IMG/VR virus record: IMGVR_UViG_3300035427_000001
Length of the DNA stretch: 64,000 bases
Source of the DNA: an uncultured virus (IMG/VR IMGVR_UViG_3300035427_000001)
Lineage: Duplodnaviria > Heunggongvirae > Uroviricota > Caudoviricetes
Direction: 5' to 3' (one strand)
The notes beneath the pieces are model-generated. The model was not told the DNA's origin. It made no database searches and saw nothing but the letters and a program-made list of their open reading frames with translations. Position 1 is the first letter of the stretch. The number at the start of each line of letters is the position of its first letter. A program made the position numbers and the translations under genes. Shown here piece after piece: positions 9,548-18,675 of this stretch.

Positions 9548-10209
9548 GATTTATTCTTTCTTTTAGAATGAATATAGTAATGGGTTCCTTGAGTTAAGTT
9601 ACGATAATTATTATAATAATTCCTAACTAAACAAATTCCAAACCCCATTATTTCGGCAATTTCTTTAACTGTAAATCCAACTTCTATAAGTCTTGGAATA
9701 TATGACCTTTGGATTTCTGTACCTTTATAATGTACACTATCGGCTCCTTTAGCTTGAATCATCCTCCCATCCCTAGAAGCTTGAGACATATTATCTTTTT
9801 GTGTACCCCAATAAAGATTCTCTACTCTATTATTAGTAGGTACATTATCTTTATGACATACATAAGGTAACCTTTCCGGATTTGGGATATAGACTAAAGC
9901 CACTAATCTGTGTAATAACCAATTCTTCTTCCCTATACCTGGTTGGGATAATCCCACTATATACCTTCCATTCTTATTCAGATGTGGTTGTTTTAAGTGA
10001 TATCTTTTGTTTAATATACCCTTACCATTAACATCCCACCTTGAATATATTTTACCTCTCTTAGAGATGTGGTATCCTGGATATCCTGGGATATTATCAT
10101 GAAGTATTTTATTCTGATACTTACCTTCTCCATGAATATAGATTGGAGAAGTCCAAGACAGACTACCTATCTTATTCTTGGACCTTGTAAATATTGTTTT
10201 CTTGCTCAT
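9544..10209 (-). CDS. Free-standing NUMOD4-HNH homing endonuclease
   Basis: IPGYPGYHISKRGKIYS (NUMOD4), HRLVA...VCHKDN..NNRVENLYWGT..DN (HNH), C-terminal HTH. Confidence 0.9.
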   Translation of the reverse strand: MSKKTIFTRSKNKIGSLSWTSPIYIHGEGKYQNKILHDNIPGYPGYHISKRGKIYSRWDVNGKGILNKRYHLKQPHLNKNGRYIVGLSQPGIGKKNWLLHRLVALVYIPNPERLPYVCHKDNVPTNNRVENLYWGTQKDNMSQASRDGRMIQAKGADSVHYKGTEIQRSYIPRLIEVGFTVKEIAEIMGFGICLVRNYYNNYRNLTQGTHYYIHSKRKNKS

Positions 10210-10315
10210 ACTTTTTAAGCTTCTGTTTTAAATGGTAATTGATACACCTTAGTAAGTAATTCTCTCTAACCGTTTGTAGGAGTTCTTCTAAAAGTTCATA
10301 ATATCTGTTACTCAT
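10172..10315 (-). CDS. Small hypothetical protein (likely start MSNRYY)
   Basis: ATG overlaps the recA stop (ATGAGTAA) and the ORF fills the gap to the HNH gene. Confidence 0.4.
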   Translation of the reverse strand: MSNRYYELLEELLQTVRENYLLRCINYHLKQKLKKYEQENNIYKVQE

Positions 10316-11453
10316 CGTCTTCCTCCTCCTCTTCTGAATCTGAATAGTTTTCATATTCTACACCATCGACTGGGAATAGATTTGTTTCTATTTTCTCCAG
10401 TTGTTTTTTAGTAGTACCTATGGTATTTACTCCAGCTTTCCGTAAAAGTTTTCTACGAAGTTCATCGTCTTCTTCCAGAAGCTTTTGGAATTTCTCTTCT
10501 CCTCTTGCAAGAGTTTTCCCTTTCAATTTATACCCACCAGTAGTTTTTTCGATTACATCGGTATCTACTAATACATCCTCTAAAGCATAGCATCTATCAA
10601 ACCCGACTTCGTGGAATTTAGGATTGAAATATACAGGGCATTTGCTGATTGTAGGTCGAGGAGGCGCAACTTTATTTTTAATAAGTCTGATAGTGACAAG
10701 TTTCCCAGCTTTCCTTTCTTTCCCATTTTGTTTAATGGTAACAGACCTTCCTGAATAGAAAGCAGCTCTGATTGAAGCGTAGAACTTAAGTGCTGCACCT
10801 CCTGTAGTTGTTGTGTTATCTTTTCCAAATCCGACATTCAAAGCAGTTCTTAATTGGTTAATATATATCTGAGATACTCCCAGTTTGTAGAATAATTCAC
10901 TTCTGATACGAAAGTATTTATAAAGAGCCTTTGCTCTACCTCCCATCTCTGCCTTACCATCAACCATCTTAGCATCTATATTATCAGTACAGTCAGTAGC
11001 TGCAATGGAATCGATTACTAAGAGTATCGGTTCATTGTGAGTTAATTGAGAACGTAAATAAATTGCTAAGTCTGCTACTACGTCTGCAATATATTCAATA
11101 CGGGTATCATTAACAATAGTTACTCTTGCAGGGTCTACTCCATTGATTTCAGCCCATGAATTCATCCAGGATTGTTCAGCATCTACCCATATCACATGAC
11201 CTCCAAGTTGTTGAGTAGCATAAGCAAAGTTATAAGCCACTAAAGATTTACCAGAGGATTCCTCTCCAGCAATCTCAACGATTTTACCATAAGGAATACC
11301 CTTACCGAATAAGTAGTTCAGAGCAAAGAAAGTAGATGGTATATATAAATCGGTATCAGTAACTTCTGAAGCTAATTTAATCATACTTCCATATTTCTTT
11401 GCCATCTCATTTGCTGTTGGTACTTTTAAACCAACCTTAGATTTCTTTGCCAT
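10308..11453 (-). CDS. recA: RecA/UvsX recombinase
   Basis: GIPYGKIVEIAGEESSGKS, DAEQ, VIDSIAA, INQLR, TTGGAALKFYASIR, KNKVAPP. Confidence 0.95.
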   Translation of the reverse strand: MAKKSKVGLKVPTANEMAKKYGSMIKLASEVTDTDLYIPSTFFALNYLFGKGIPYGKIVEIAGEESSGKSLVAYNFAYATQQLGGHVIWVDAEQSWMNSWAEINGVDPARVTIVNDTRIEYIADVVADLAIYLRSQLTHNEPILLVIDSIAATDCTDNIDAKMVDGKAEMGGRAKALYKYFRIRSELFYKLGVSQIYINQLRTALNVGFGKDNTTTTGGAALKFYASIRAAFYSGRSVTIKQNGKERKAGKLVTIRLIKNKVAPPRPTISKCPVYFNPKFHEVGFDRCYALEDVLVDTDVIEKTTGGYKLKGKTLARGEEKFQKLLEEDDELRRKLLRKAGVNTIGTTKKQLEKIETNLFPVDGVEYENYSDSEEEEEDDE

Positions 11454-11472
11454 AATGTAATGTCTTTAAACT

Positions 11473-11510
11473 AAAGAAGGTGGTAACAGAACGAATCTAA
11501 TTACCACCTT
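11473..11510 (-). terminator. Intrinsic terminator after the SSB gene
   Basis: Minus strand AAGGTGGTAA...TTACCACCTT hairpin followed by CTTT. Confidence 0.6.
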
Positions 11511-11534
11511 AGAATGAAACCATATTACTAACCC

Positions 11535-12344
11535 TTAAATATCCGATTTGTATTTTCTTTTCTTTTTCTTAGGTTCATCATCTTCCATGTAATGGTCTTT
11601 GTGAACTCCCTTTTTCTTTTTCTTCTTTGACTTATCGTCATCATCGTCATCCTCATGGTCTTCGTTTAGATACTGTGAAAGTAAATCTTCCAACTCATCA
11701 TAGGATTTGATTTGAGAACGAACTATCCCCTCAAGGTCAATTGTACCTTGGTATTTCTTATCCAACTTGGTTGGTTTGCAAGCACGGGCAGAATAAGTGG
11801 TATCTAGTTTACCAGACCCGGAACGAATTACCTTGATATCGTATCCAGTTTTTGGGTCTGTCATATCACCTGCCTCATCTTCATCAAGGTAAAGGTCAAT
11901 GATATCCTGGTATACTGAGCGAGGAACTAAAACTCCCTTATCTTTGCCTTCGTAATCTACCTTACTACCCTTTTCATCTGAGTAGATGATACCACCAATA
12001 ACATATCTTCTTCTTGGTACCAGGTTCTTGGCAAGTTCCTTGTCATCTTCATCCTTGGAGTTTTTCAATTCTTGGTATTTCTCCATGAATGGGCAAGGTT
12101 CATCAAAAGTAGCCGGAGATATAACTCCTCCCAAATTGCCACCCAGGTAGAATTGAATAATTTCGATACCCAATTCTTGGTCATCACCCGGAGATTTAAT
12201 TCTCATCCTCAGAGTTCCCTCTTTTGGATATACTAACCCACTACCATTTCCCTTGGATTCTAGCTGTTTCTTTCTAGCTAGCATCTTTTCTTTTGTAGAA
12301 AGTCCCTCTGATGAAACTTCCTTTTTCTTCTTGTCTTTTATCAT
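11535..12344 (-). CDS. Single-stranded DNA-binding protein (gp32-like)
   Basis: EPCP, PRRRY, TDPKTGYDIKVIRSGSGKLDTTY pattern, charged tail, next to recA. Confidence 0.7.
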   Translation of the reverse strand: MIKDKKKKEVSSEGLSTKEKMLARKKQLESKGNGSGLVYPKEGTLRMRIKSPGDDQELGIEIIQFYLGGNLGGVISPATFDEPCPFMEKYQELKNSKDEDDKELAKNLVPRRRYVIGGIIYSDEKGSKVDYEGKDKGVLVPRSVYQDIIDLYLDEDEAGDMTDPKTGYDIKVIRSGSGKLDTTYSARACKPTKLDKKYQGTIDLEGIVRSQIKSYDELEDLLSQYLNEDHEDDDDDDKSKKKKKKGVHKDHYMEDDEPKKKKRKYKSDI

Positions 12345-12355
12345 AATGATTAGTT

Positions 12356-12742
12356 TTAATTATTCGGTTCTGAGTAAACTACTTCGTTCATACTCAATAC
12401 GGTAAGAACGTTTTTCTCTAAAAGTTGTTTGAGAGCAGGAGATAGTTTGTCCGTTTCGAATTCAAGTTCTTTACCTGCATACAAACCATAGGTAACTATT
12501 CTACCTACAGCAACCAATTCTCGGTAGGTTTTGTATTCTTCAGTAATTTCCCCACTCTTTACTACAACCCCTTTACGAGGAACTCCCTCTTTTACTTGTT
12601 CAGGGATAATCAAACCAGATTTAGTTTGGTTTACCTCCTTGGGAGATAAAATAAGTACCCGGTTTTCTGTTGGGCATCCGGGTAATTCTTGATTAAATTT
12701 CTCAGCTACAAGAGGTGAGATAAATGTCATTGAATAATTCAT
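12356..12742 (-). CDS. groES: GroES-like co-chaperonin
   Basis: PTENRVLI...TKSGLIIPEQVKE...KGVVVKSG...GRIVTYGLYAG. Confidence 0.8.
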   Translation of the reverse strand: MNYSMTFISPLVAEKFNQELPGCPTENRVLILSPKEVNQTKSGLIIPEQVKEGVPRKGVVVKSGEITEEYKTYRELVAVGRIVTYGLYAGKELEFETDKLSPALKQLLEKNVLTVLSMNEVVYSEPNN

Positions 12743-12790
12743 ATTCTAATACTGTTTTTAAAAGTTAGTAATTGTTTATAGTTCAATGGG

Positions 12791-13207
12791 TTAACCCTTT
12801 CTTAGGTTCGCATTAATAGTTCTTAATATATTTTCGCGTGACTCATAACATTTACAGATAGTTATGAACTTATTTGCTTTTTCTACGGCTTTTAAATACC
12901 TTTCATTGATAGAAGAGTATTTCTTGTTAAGGTTTGCCTTATGAGATACGTATTCATTATTCCATCTTTCATTAGCATCCTTATAATATAACCAGGCATT
13001 CGAATAAGCTTCTTCTTTTTCCCTTGCTAGAGCATCCCTTTCTTTTATATACTTATCTCTCAGGGAAGCAAGTACATAATAACTAGAAGGAGATTCTCGT
13101 AGCTGAGAATTGATGATATTCTCATTGATAGATAATTCCTTTTGAATATCGATCTCAATAAGTTTACCTTCAAATTTAACCTTTAGTTTTTTCAGTTCCG
13201 TCTTCAT
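12791..13207 (-). CDS. Possible UvsY-like recombination mediator
   Basis: 138-aa helical protein near recA and ssb; assigned from size, helical pattern and context. Confidence 0.45.
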   Translation of the reverse strand: MKTELKKLKVKFEGKLIEIDIQKELSINENIINSQLRESPSSYYVLASLRDKYIKERDALAREKEEAYSNAWLYYKDANERWNNEYVSHKANLNKKYSSINERYLKAVEKANKFITICKCYESRENILRTINANLRKG

Positions 13208-13697
13208 AAACTTCTAATAGGTTTTTAAAGTCTTCTTTACTAAATTCCCCCTTGCTTATTGCTTTAGTTACTTGAGCAAAAGCCATTTGATAAGAGAGTT
13301 TCATACCGGGCAAATTAAGAAGAGATTTATAGATGCTTATCTTATCTACCAAAGCCATTAATCTTAAGTCGCATAAGTTATCAGTACCACCTCTATCGAG
13401 TAATGCTAAAAATGCAGCCCAATAAATATGGGTGGCATCTTCATAAGCAAGTTTACCATCCTCATCCGTAGCCATTACTTTAAAAGCCAATCCCTCTAAA
13501 GTAGTAAGATTAGTTTGTACTTGAGATAACTGAGTCTTTAATCGGTTAAGTAACATTTTTTCTTGTCCACTCAACCTTAGATTAACCACATCTAAGTACT
13601 TAAGTAAATTTTCGATAGAATAACCTAAGCAACCTGCAACCATATAAGTAAGGGCAGTTAACTTACTTGCATTATCAATCTCTTTCTGTGTTGCCAT
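13176..13697 (-). CDS. Hypothetical protein
   Basis: 173-aa ORF on the operon strand. Confidence 0.75.
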   Translation of the reverse strand: MATQKEIDNASKLTALTYMVAGCLGYSIENLLKYLDVVNLRLSGQEKMLLNRLKTQLSQVQTNLTTLEGLAFKVMATDEDGKLAYEDATHIYWAAFLALLDRGGTDNLCDLRLMALVDKISIYKSLLNLPGMKLSYQMAFAQVTKAISKGEFSKEDFKNLLEVYEDGTEKTKG

Positions 13698-13718
13698 AAT
13701 TCCATAAATTTATATTAT

Positions 13719-13937
13719 TTATGTATACATAGTATCTTCTCTTTTCACTCCTGTAATGGTAGATACTGAATCTGAATGCTTTATATTAGTTTTACAATTA
13801 GGACATTGTACTATCCTAAAATAATCCCCAGATTTATTATAAACCCCAAAAGTTTCACTGGTATCATATTCAAATTCGCAATCACATACTAGGCATTTAG
13901 CCCTCCATACCGTGGGCCCGTTTAAAATCTTCTTCAT
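13719..13937 (-). CDS. Small zinc-ribbon protein
   Basis: CLVCDC and CPNC motifs. Confidence 0.7.
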   Translation of the reverse strand: MKKILNGPTVWRAKCLVCDCEFEYDTSETFGVYNKSGDYFRIVQCPNCKTNIKHSDSVSTITGVKREDTMYT

Positions 13938-14428
13938 TTCCTTAGTTTTATGTTATTATACCGTAATATTTTATATAATACTCCAGTTGATATACCGAAT
14001 TCTTCTAGTATATCTTTTCTTGGTATACCCTCTATATACCTAGAAATTAATAATTCTACATTTACCTTACGTTCTCGTTCTTTACCAACAAAATAGAATC
14101 TTTTATCTTCTATACACTGACCCATATTCATCTTAGCTGTACCCCAATATAAATTACCTACCCGATTATCCTCTGGATTGTTATTTTTATGACATACTTG
14201 AGGATAATTGTTTGGGTTAGGGATGTAAATAGAAGCAACTAACCTGTGTCTATAAAAGTTCTTCCGTTTACCACCATCTCCTACTAAAGAGTTAGATAAA
14301 TAACCATTATCTTTCATAGCAGGTTTTACTAATTTCCAACTACCAGTAAATTTCGAGTATAATTTTCCAGTACGGGATATGTAATAATTACTAAACCCGG
14401 GTATATTACCCTTTTCTCGATTTTTCAT
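13934..14428 (-). CDS. Free-standing NUMOD4-HNH homing endonuclease (likely start MKNREK at 14428)
   Basis: IPGFSNYYISRTGKLYS, HRLVA, VCHKNN...NRVGNLYWGT; overlaps the end of polA. Confidence 0.88.
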   Translation of the reverse strand: MKNREKGNIPGFSNYYISRTGKLYSKFTGSWKLVKPAMKDNGYLSNSLVGDGGKRKNFYRHRLVASIYIPNPNNYPQVCHKNNNPEDNRVGNLYWGTAKMNMGQCIEDKRFYFVGKERERKVNVELLISRYIEGIPRKDILEEFGISTGVLYKILRYNNIKLRK

Positions 14429-16715
14429 ATTCTCGTTGATATTTATGGATTTCCTTTTTATATAGTTCCATAAATACTTCTGGTGAAGCTGCACTAAAAT
14501 TACCAATTTTACGAGTCTTAAACTTATGGTATTCCTCCATGTACTCTTCTACCGAAAAGTCTGGTTTTAACATTCTAGTATAATCATATCCGGGCATAAA
14601 TGGTAATTCTTCTGCCATAGACCGGCCTATTGTAAAATCCATTGATAGAGTTACGTCATCTACTTGAAAACCGAAATACTTCTTAGTACTTGGGTTACGT
14701 AGGATATTCCAAATGGTATATACAGTCCATGTATTTATATCTTCTGGTTTAGAATACATATATACTGCATCATGTACCGTACAAGCTTCTTTCATCATTG
14801 GTAATTTACCTTGTCGCATTAACCAATAAACAAGAATAGCTCCGAAGTTGGTCATATTTGCTGCAGCACCTTGACATGGGAAATTAAGTCCCAAACGAAT
14901 AGCATAAGCAACTTCTTGTTTGTCGTTTGAGTATATCTGGGGTAATCTTCTCTTAGTACCAAATAACTGGGTATAATACCCATGCTTACGAAGAAATTTC
15001 TCTTGCTTCTCTTTGAACTTAAGTATCTTTGGGTGTTTCTCAAAGAACTCCGCCATTTCTTTATGGGCTTCTTCTTTAGTAACTATAATACCAGCTTTTG
15101 GGTCGGATAATTTTACTGCAAGTAAAGCTTCTCCAATACCATAAATCAAACCGAATGCAATTTGCTTAGCTTGTTTTCTTCTAGTCTTCCATAATTTATG
15201 GTCAGGATGATTTTCATCTTCGTATATTTTAGAGGCTTCCTCAATTGATACTCCATATTTTGCTGCTGCTATACCCAAGTGAGGGTCAGCCCCCTTTGCA
15301 AAAGCATCAAGGTATGTTTCATCACCCGATAGATGAGCCATCATTCTTAACTCTGCCTGTGAGTAGTCAAATGCCATATATAAATATCCCGGAGGAGCAA
15401 CTAATTGTTTCTTGATATTGGGGTCTACCGATGTCTTTGGTATCTGCTGCATATTTGGGTCTGCAGAACTAAACCGATTAGAGTCTGTACCATGTATATT
15501 ATACCTACCGTGTAATCTAGAATCATCTTGTACCTTTTCCCACCATCCATAAATATAGGTCTTATACATTTTCTCTAACCCTCGTAATTCAAGAAGCTTA
15601 TCAAGGAATATTGCCTTTGGTGAATCTGGCTTTTTAATCGTTAACCTAAGGTTAGTAAGAGTTTCTTCATCAGTACTTGGTTTACCAGATTCATTATCCT
15701 TAATCACATCAAAATGAAAGCCATCTTCTGAATACATCAATGCAGGTAAATCAACTGGGCTACCCAAATTAATGGGCCTTATTAATTCTTGTTCCTTTTT
15801 AGTTGTGAATATACCTGCTTTGATATTTGAGATTTTCTGTTCCCTTGATGCAATCTTCCGTTTATCTTTTGGGTCATTATAATCTAACTCTTTAAGTTCG
15901 TCTTCAATAGACTGAATATATTTATCAATCTTTTCTTGGTTATACTTCTTTTCGAATTTCTTTACTCTTGGCAAAGCGTATATTGCGTCTCTAGCAGCAT
16001 CTATTTTTGGTTTATATTCTTCCAAAAGCTTTTTATTGAACTCAGTATCTAGATATAAACCCTCCTTTTCTACCGATGTTAGTACTCGTGAATTACACAT
16101 GAATAAATTACGGAATACCGAATACATACCTAAATCCACCAACTTCTTCTCAAAGAATATCATTAACCTAAGAGTATAATCTGTATCTTGACACCCATAA
16201 TGGCAAAGTGGGTCTAATTCTTTTTTATCCCAAGGTATTTTATCAAAAGCATCTTGTTTCTCATAATTACCATGCTCAGGCAAATACCTTCTTACCATTG
16301 ATTTTAGGTCATGGGGTTTTTCCTCATTAAGAACATATTTTGCAAGCATACCATCTAAACAAGTACCCCTATAGAATATTTTATACTTTTGGTTTATCTG
16401 GTCATCAAACTTCCAGTTCCATGCAACCTTTACAATGTCATAATTCTCGATTACCTCTTCCCCAAATTTCTTTAGCATCTTTTTCCAATTCCAACCCGGT
16501 GAAGTATAATCTTTTGTTTCGAAATGGTCTAAAGGAATGGAAGCACCAAACCCTGGCATCCAGGATACTGAGAGTATAGTTGGCTTAAAACCCTTATTAT
16601 ATATTGGTTCTGCATTTGTTTCGTAGTCACAGCAAGCATAACCTGTAGCTTTACAACAAGCAATAAGTTTCTTAAGCTCTCTCTTGTTTTTTATTATTGT
16701 ATACCGTGTCTCCAT
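14406..16715 (-). CDS. polA: DNA polymerase family A with 3'-5' exonuclease domain
   Basis: DYET exo I, motif A DYSQAELR, motif B RKQAKQIAFGLIYG, motif C TVHDA. Confidence 0.96.
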   Translation of the reverse strand: METRYTIIKNKRELKKLIACCKATGYACCDYETNAEPIYNKGFKPTILSVSWMPGFGASIPLDHFETKDYTSPGWNWKKMLKKFGEEVIENYDIVKVAWNWKFDDQINQKYKIFYRGTCLDGMLAKYVLNEEKPHDLKSMVRRYLPEHGNYEKQDAFDKIPWDKKELDPLCHYGCQDTDYTLRLMIFFEKKLVDLGMYSVFRNLFMCNSRVLTSVEKEGLYLDTEFNKKLLEEYKPKIDAARDAIYALPRVKKFEKKYNQEKIDKYIQSIEDELKELDYNDPKDKRKIASREQKISNIKAGIFTTKKEQELIRPINLGSPVDLPALMYSEDGFHFDVIKDNESGKPSTDEETLTNLRLTIKKPDSPKAIFLDKLLELRGLEKMYKTYIYGWWEKVQDDSRLHGRYNIHGTDSNRFSSADPNMQQIPKTSVDPNIKKQLVAPPGYLYMAFDYSQAELRMMAHLSGDETYLDAFAKGADPHLGIAAAKYGVSIEEASKIYEDENHPDHKLWKTRRKQAKQIAFGLIYGIGEALLAVKLSDPKAGIIVTKEEAHKEMAEFFEKHPKILKFKEKQEKFLRKHGYYTQLFGTKRRLPQIYSNDKQEVAYAIRLGLNFPCQGAAANMTNFGAILVYWLMRQGKLPMMKEACTVHDAVYMYSKPEDINTWTVYTIWNILRNPSTKKYFGFQVDDVTLSMDFTIGRSMAEELPFMPGYDYTRMLKPDFSVEEYMEEYHKFKTRKIGNFSAASPEVFMELYKKEIHKYQREYEKSRKG

Positions 16716-16725
16716 ATTTTAAAAT

Positions 16726-16764
16726 AGAAAAAGGGACATACCCACCAGTAGTAGATACATCCCT
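16726..16764 (-). terminator. Intrinsic terminator between the TS-fold gene and polA
   Basis: Minus strand AGGGATGTATCTAC-loop-GTGGGTATGTCCCT followed by TTTTCT; G-U pairs work only on this strand. Confidence 0.7.
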
Positions 16765-16769
16765 CATTA

Positions 16770-17540
16770 TTAGTATTTCTCTTGTAAGTCTTCCAGATTA
16801 GATGCTAATGATGTCCAATCTTTCTTATAAGCATGAAGAGAATCGATTGTGTGATACAGATAACCCGGTTTTACTCCTACCTCTTTAGCTACATATTGCA
16901 TGAGTCTCCATGCAAGATATACATCATTACCGAAATGTTGTACAAAGTCCGAACTTCTTTGATGATAGCAAATATGTAATACCTTCTCTCCTTTACCATT
17001 CTGACGGATAAGGAAATCATAATACATTGAGCAAGGTATACGTTTACTTCCATCAAGGAATCTTAAATCTGTACCATGGAATATAGGGAGTACTGCTTTA
17101 CGAGTATCATTATCCCTCTTAAGAAGTTCAATAACTGATTGCATTGCTGAATCACAGTTAAAAGAAGTACTACCATAAATGTCTAACGAGTTCCAAATAC
17201 GCTCTGGGTAGGTGTAATCAAACTTACCATTCACCAAAAACTGTTCCCATAAATCTTTTCTCAATTCCCAAGCTTTACCTGGATTTAAATCATACCAACC
17301 AATTCTTTCTTTAAACTCGGCATCTGCCCATTCCTTTGAATGAGAGAATATGAATAACCATACTGGGTCTCCAAGTGAAGTTAAACAATATTGTTGGCAA
17401 ATGAGTTCTTTTGTAATAAAATCCTCATTACCTTCAATCACTTTATTTTGATAGGTCTTTGGTTTTACAGTTTGACCATAACTGTTGAGTTCTCTGCCCA
17501 TTTCGGACATTAACTCAAAACTGTTAGAATATATCCTCAT
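16770..17540 (-). CDS. Thymidylate-synthase-fold enzyme, dCMP hydroxymethylase-like
   Basis: DTRKA, catalytic PC, QRSSDF...FGND (Asp where ThyA has Asn), SLHAY. Confidence 0.85.
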   Translation of the reverse strand: MRIYSNSFELMSEMGRELNSYGQTVKPKTYQNKVIEGNEDFITKELICQQYCLTSLGDPVWLFIFSHSKEWADAEFKERIGWYDLNPGKAWELRKDLWEQFLVNGKFDYTYPERIWNSLDIYGSTSFNCDSAMQSVIELLKRDNDTRKAVLPIFHGTDLRFLDGSKRIPCSMYYDFLIRQNGKGEKVLHICYHQRSSDFVQHFGNDVYLAWRLMQYVAKEVGVKPGYLYHTIDSLHAYKKDWTSLASNLEDLQEKY

Positions 17541-17541
17541 A

Positions 17542-17739
17542 TTATATAAAGTATGACATTGTAGAATTAACCCAGGTCATATGCCAGTAGCGAAATACAA
17601 AATTATCAAAATCCTCTACCTCTTTCATTAACAAGGGTATATCTGGTTCTCCCCCGTTCTTTTTAATCTCAAAAACTTGGTAATAGAATTTGTTTACTAA
17701 TCCTATCCGCTTCTGATTTAAAAATTCCTTAGCTTCCAT
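17542..17739 (-). CDS. Small hypothetical protein
   Basis: 65-aa ORF filling the gap between the two TS-fold genes. Confidence 0.6.
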   Translation of the reverse strand: MEAKEFLNQKRIGLVNKFYYQVFEIKKNGGEPDIPLLMKEVEDFDNFVFRYWHMTWVNSTMSYFI

Positions 17740-18649
17740 TGTTCTTTTGTTTTAAAAGTTTCTTTTTATAGGCTTTACGTTGAGAGTAAGAGATTACATT
17801 CTCAGGATATTCTATATCCTCGTATTCAAGAAGTAATTCTTTTGCTTTCATTGATTTATATGTTTCCTCATATAAATCTGGTCGAAGCACTTTAAAACTT
17901 CTAAAGAATACCTTGAATGAAGAGAATTCCTTCTCTGTGCCCTTTTGGAATTTTTTCCATATCTCTTTTACCCTCTTATTCCATGAATTCTCCTCTGCTC
18001 CTTTAAGTATCTTCTTCAAGGGTTTATGGGTATGATACATTAAAAGTGTCTCCACATTTCCGTACATTTGAGTCGCAAATAGGTTGATTTGTACTGACTG
18101 GTCCGGCCCATATACGTACTCTGACATTCGTTGAATTAATAGGAAATCGAATATTAACCTCTTGGTAATTTCCGAAGCCCGAACTACCATTGTAATAACT
18201 GGGATGTCCTCCCCGAATCGTTTTGAAAAAGTCGCAGCTATTAGACATTGTTTACCATTATCATGACGATTATTAAACATATAAGTTATATTGTAATTCT
18301 GATTGTACTTATTTCTCAGTACTCTCAGTTTACTACGCAACAAGTCAAGCTTATTAAAATCTATGTAGTTATTCAATAAGCTAGTCCACTTAGTTTCTTT
18401 ATAATTAAAACACCGCCCATAATCAAATTCTGGGTCTACCCATGCTTTTCGTATTTTTATAAATACATTATACACTACTGCTACCCCACTATTAGCCATA
18501 GCTCCTTTCCCAAATAGGATTGGGTCTAATCTTAGGAATCCCTCATTGAGTTTTTCCCATGCTTCCTGTGAAGTAGCAAATTCTAACGAATGGAGGGACT
18601 CCTCCGTATTAAGTTGAAGCCCCTCTAATTTCTTATTCCAACCCGACAT
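17729..18649 (-). CDS. Second, divergent thymidylate-synthase-fold protein
   Basis: KQCLIAATF...VRASEITKRLIFDFLL parallels PC......R-S-x-D......D of the TS family. Confidence 0.6.
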   Translation of the reverse strand: MSGWNKKLEGLQLNTEESLHSLEFATSQEAWEKLNEGFLRLDPILFGKGAMANSGVAVVYNVFIKIRKAWVDPEFDYGRCFNYKETKWTSLLNNYIDFNKLDLLRSKLRVLRNKYNQNYNITYMFNNRHDNGKQCLIAATFSKRFGEDIPVITMVVRASEITKRLIFDFLLIQRMSEYVYGPDQSVQINLFATQMYGNVETLLMYHTHKPLKKILKGAEENSWNKRVKEIWKKFQKGTEKEFSSFKVFFRSFKVLRPDLYEETYKSMKAKELLLEYEDIEYPENVISYSQRKAYKKKLLKQKNNGS

Positions 18650-18675
18650 ATAATTGGCTGATTTTTAATTGGTTA

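Noticed and set aside
16770..17540. Plain thyA call
   Set aside because: The specificity position is Asp (FGND), not the Asn of ThyA, so the symbol was withheld
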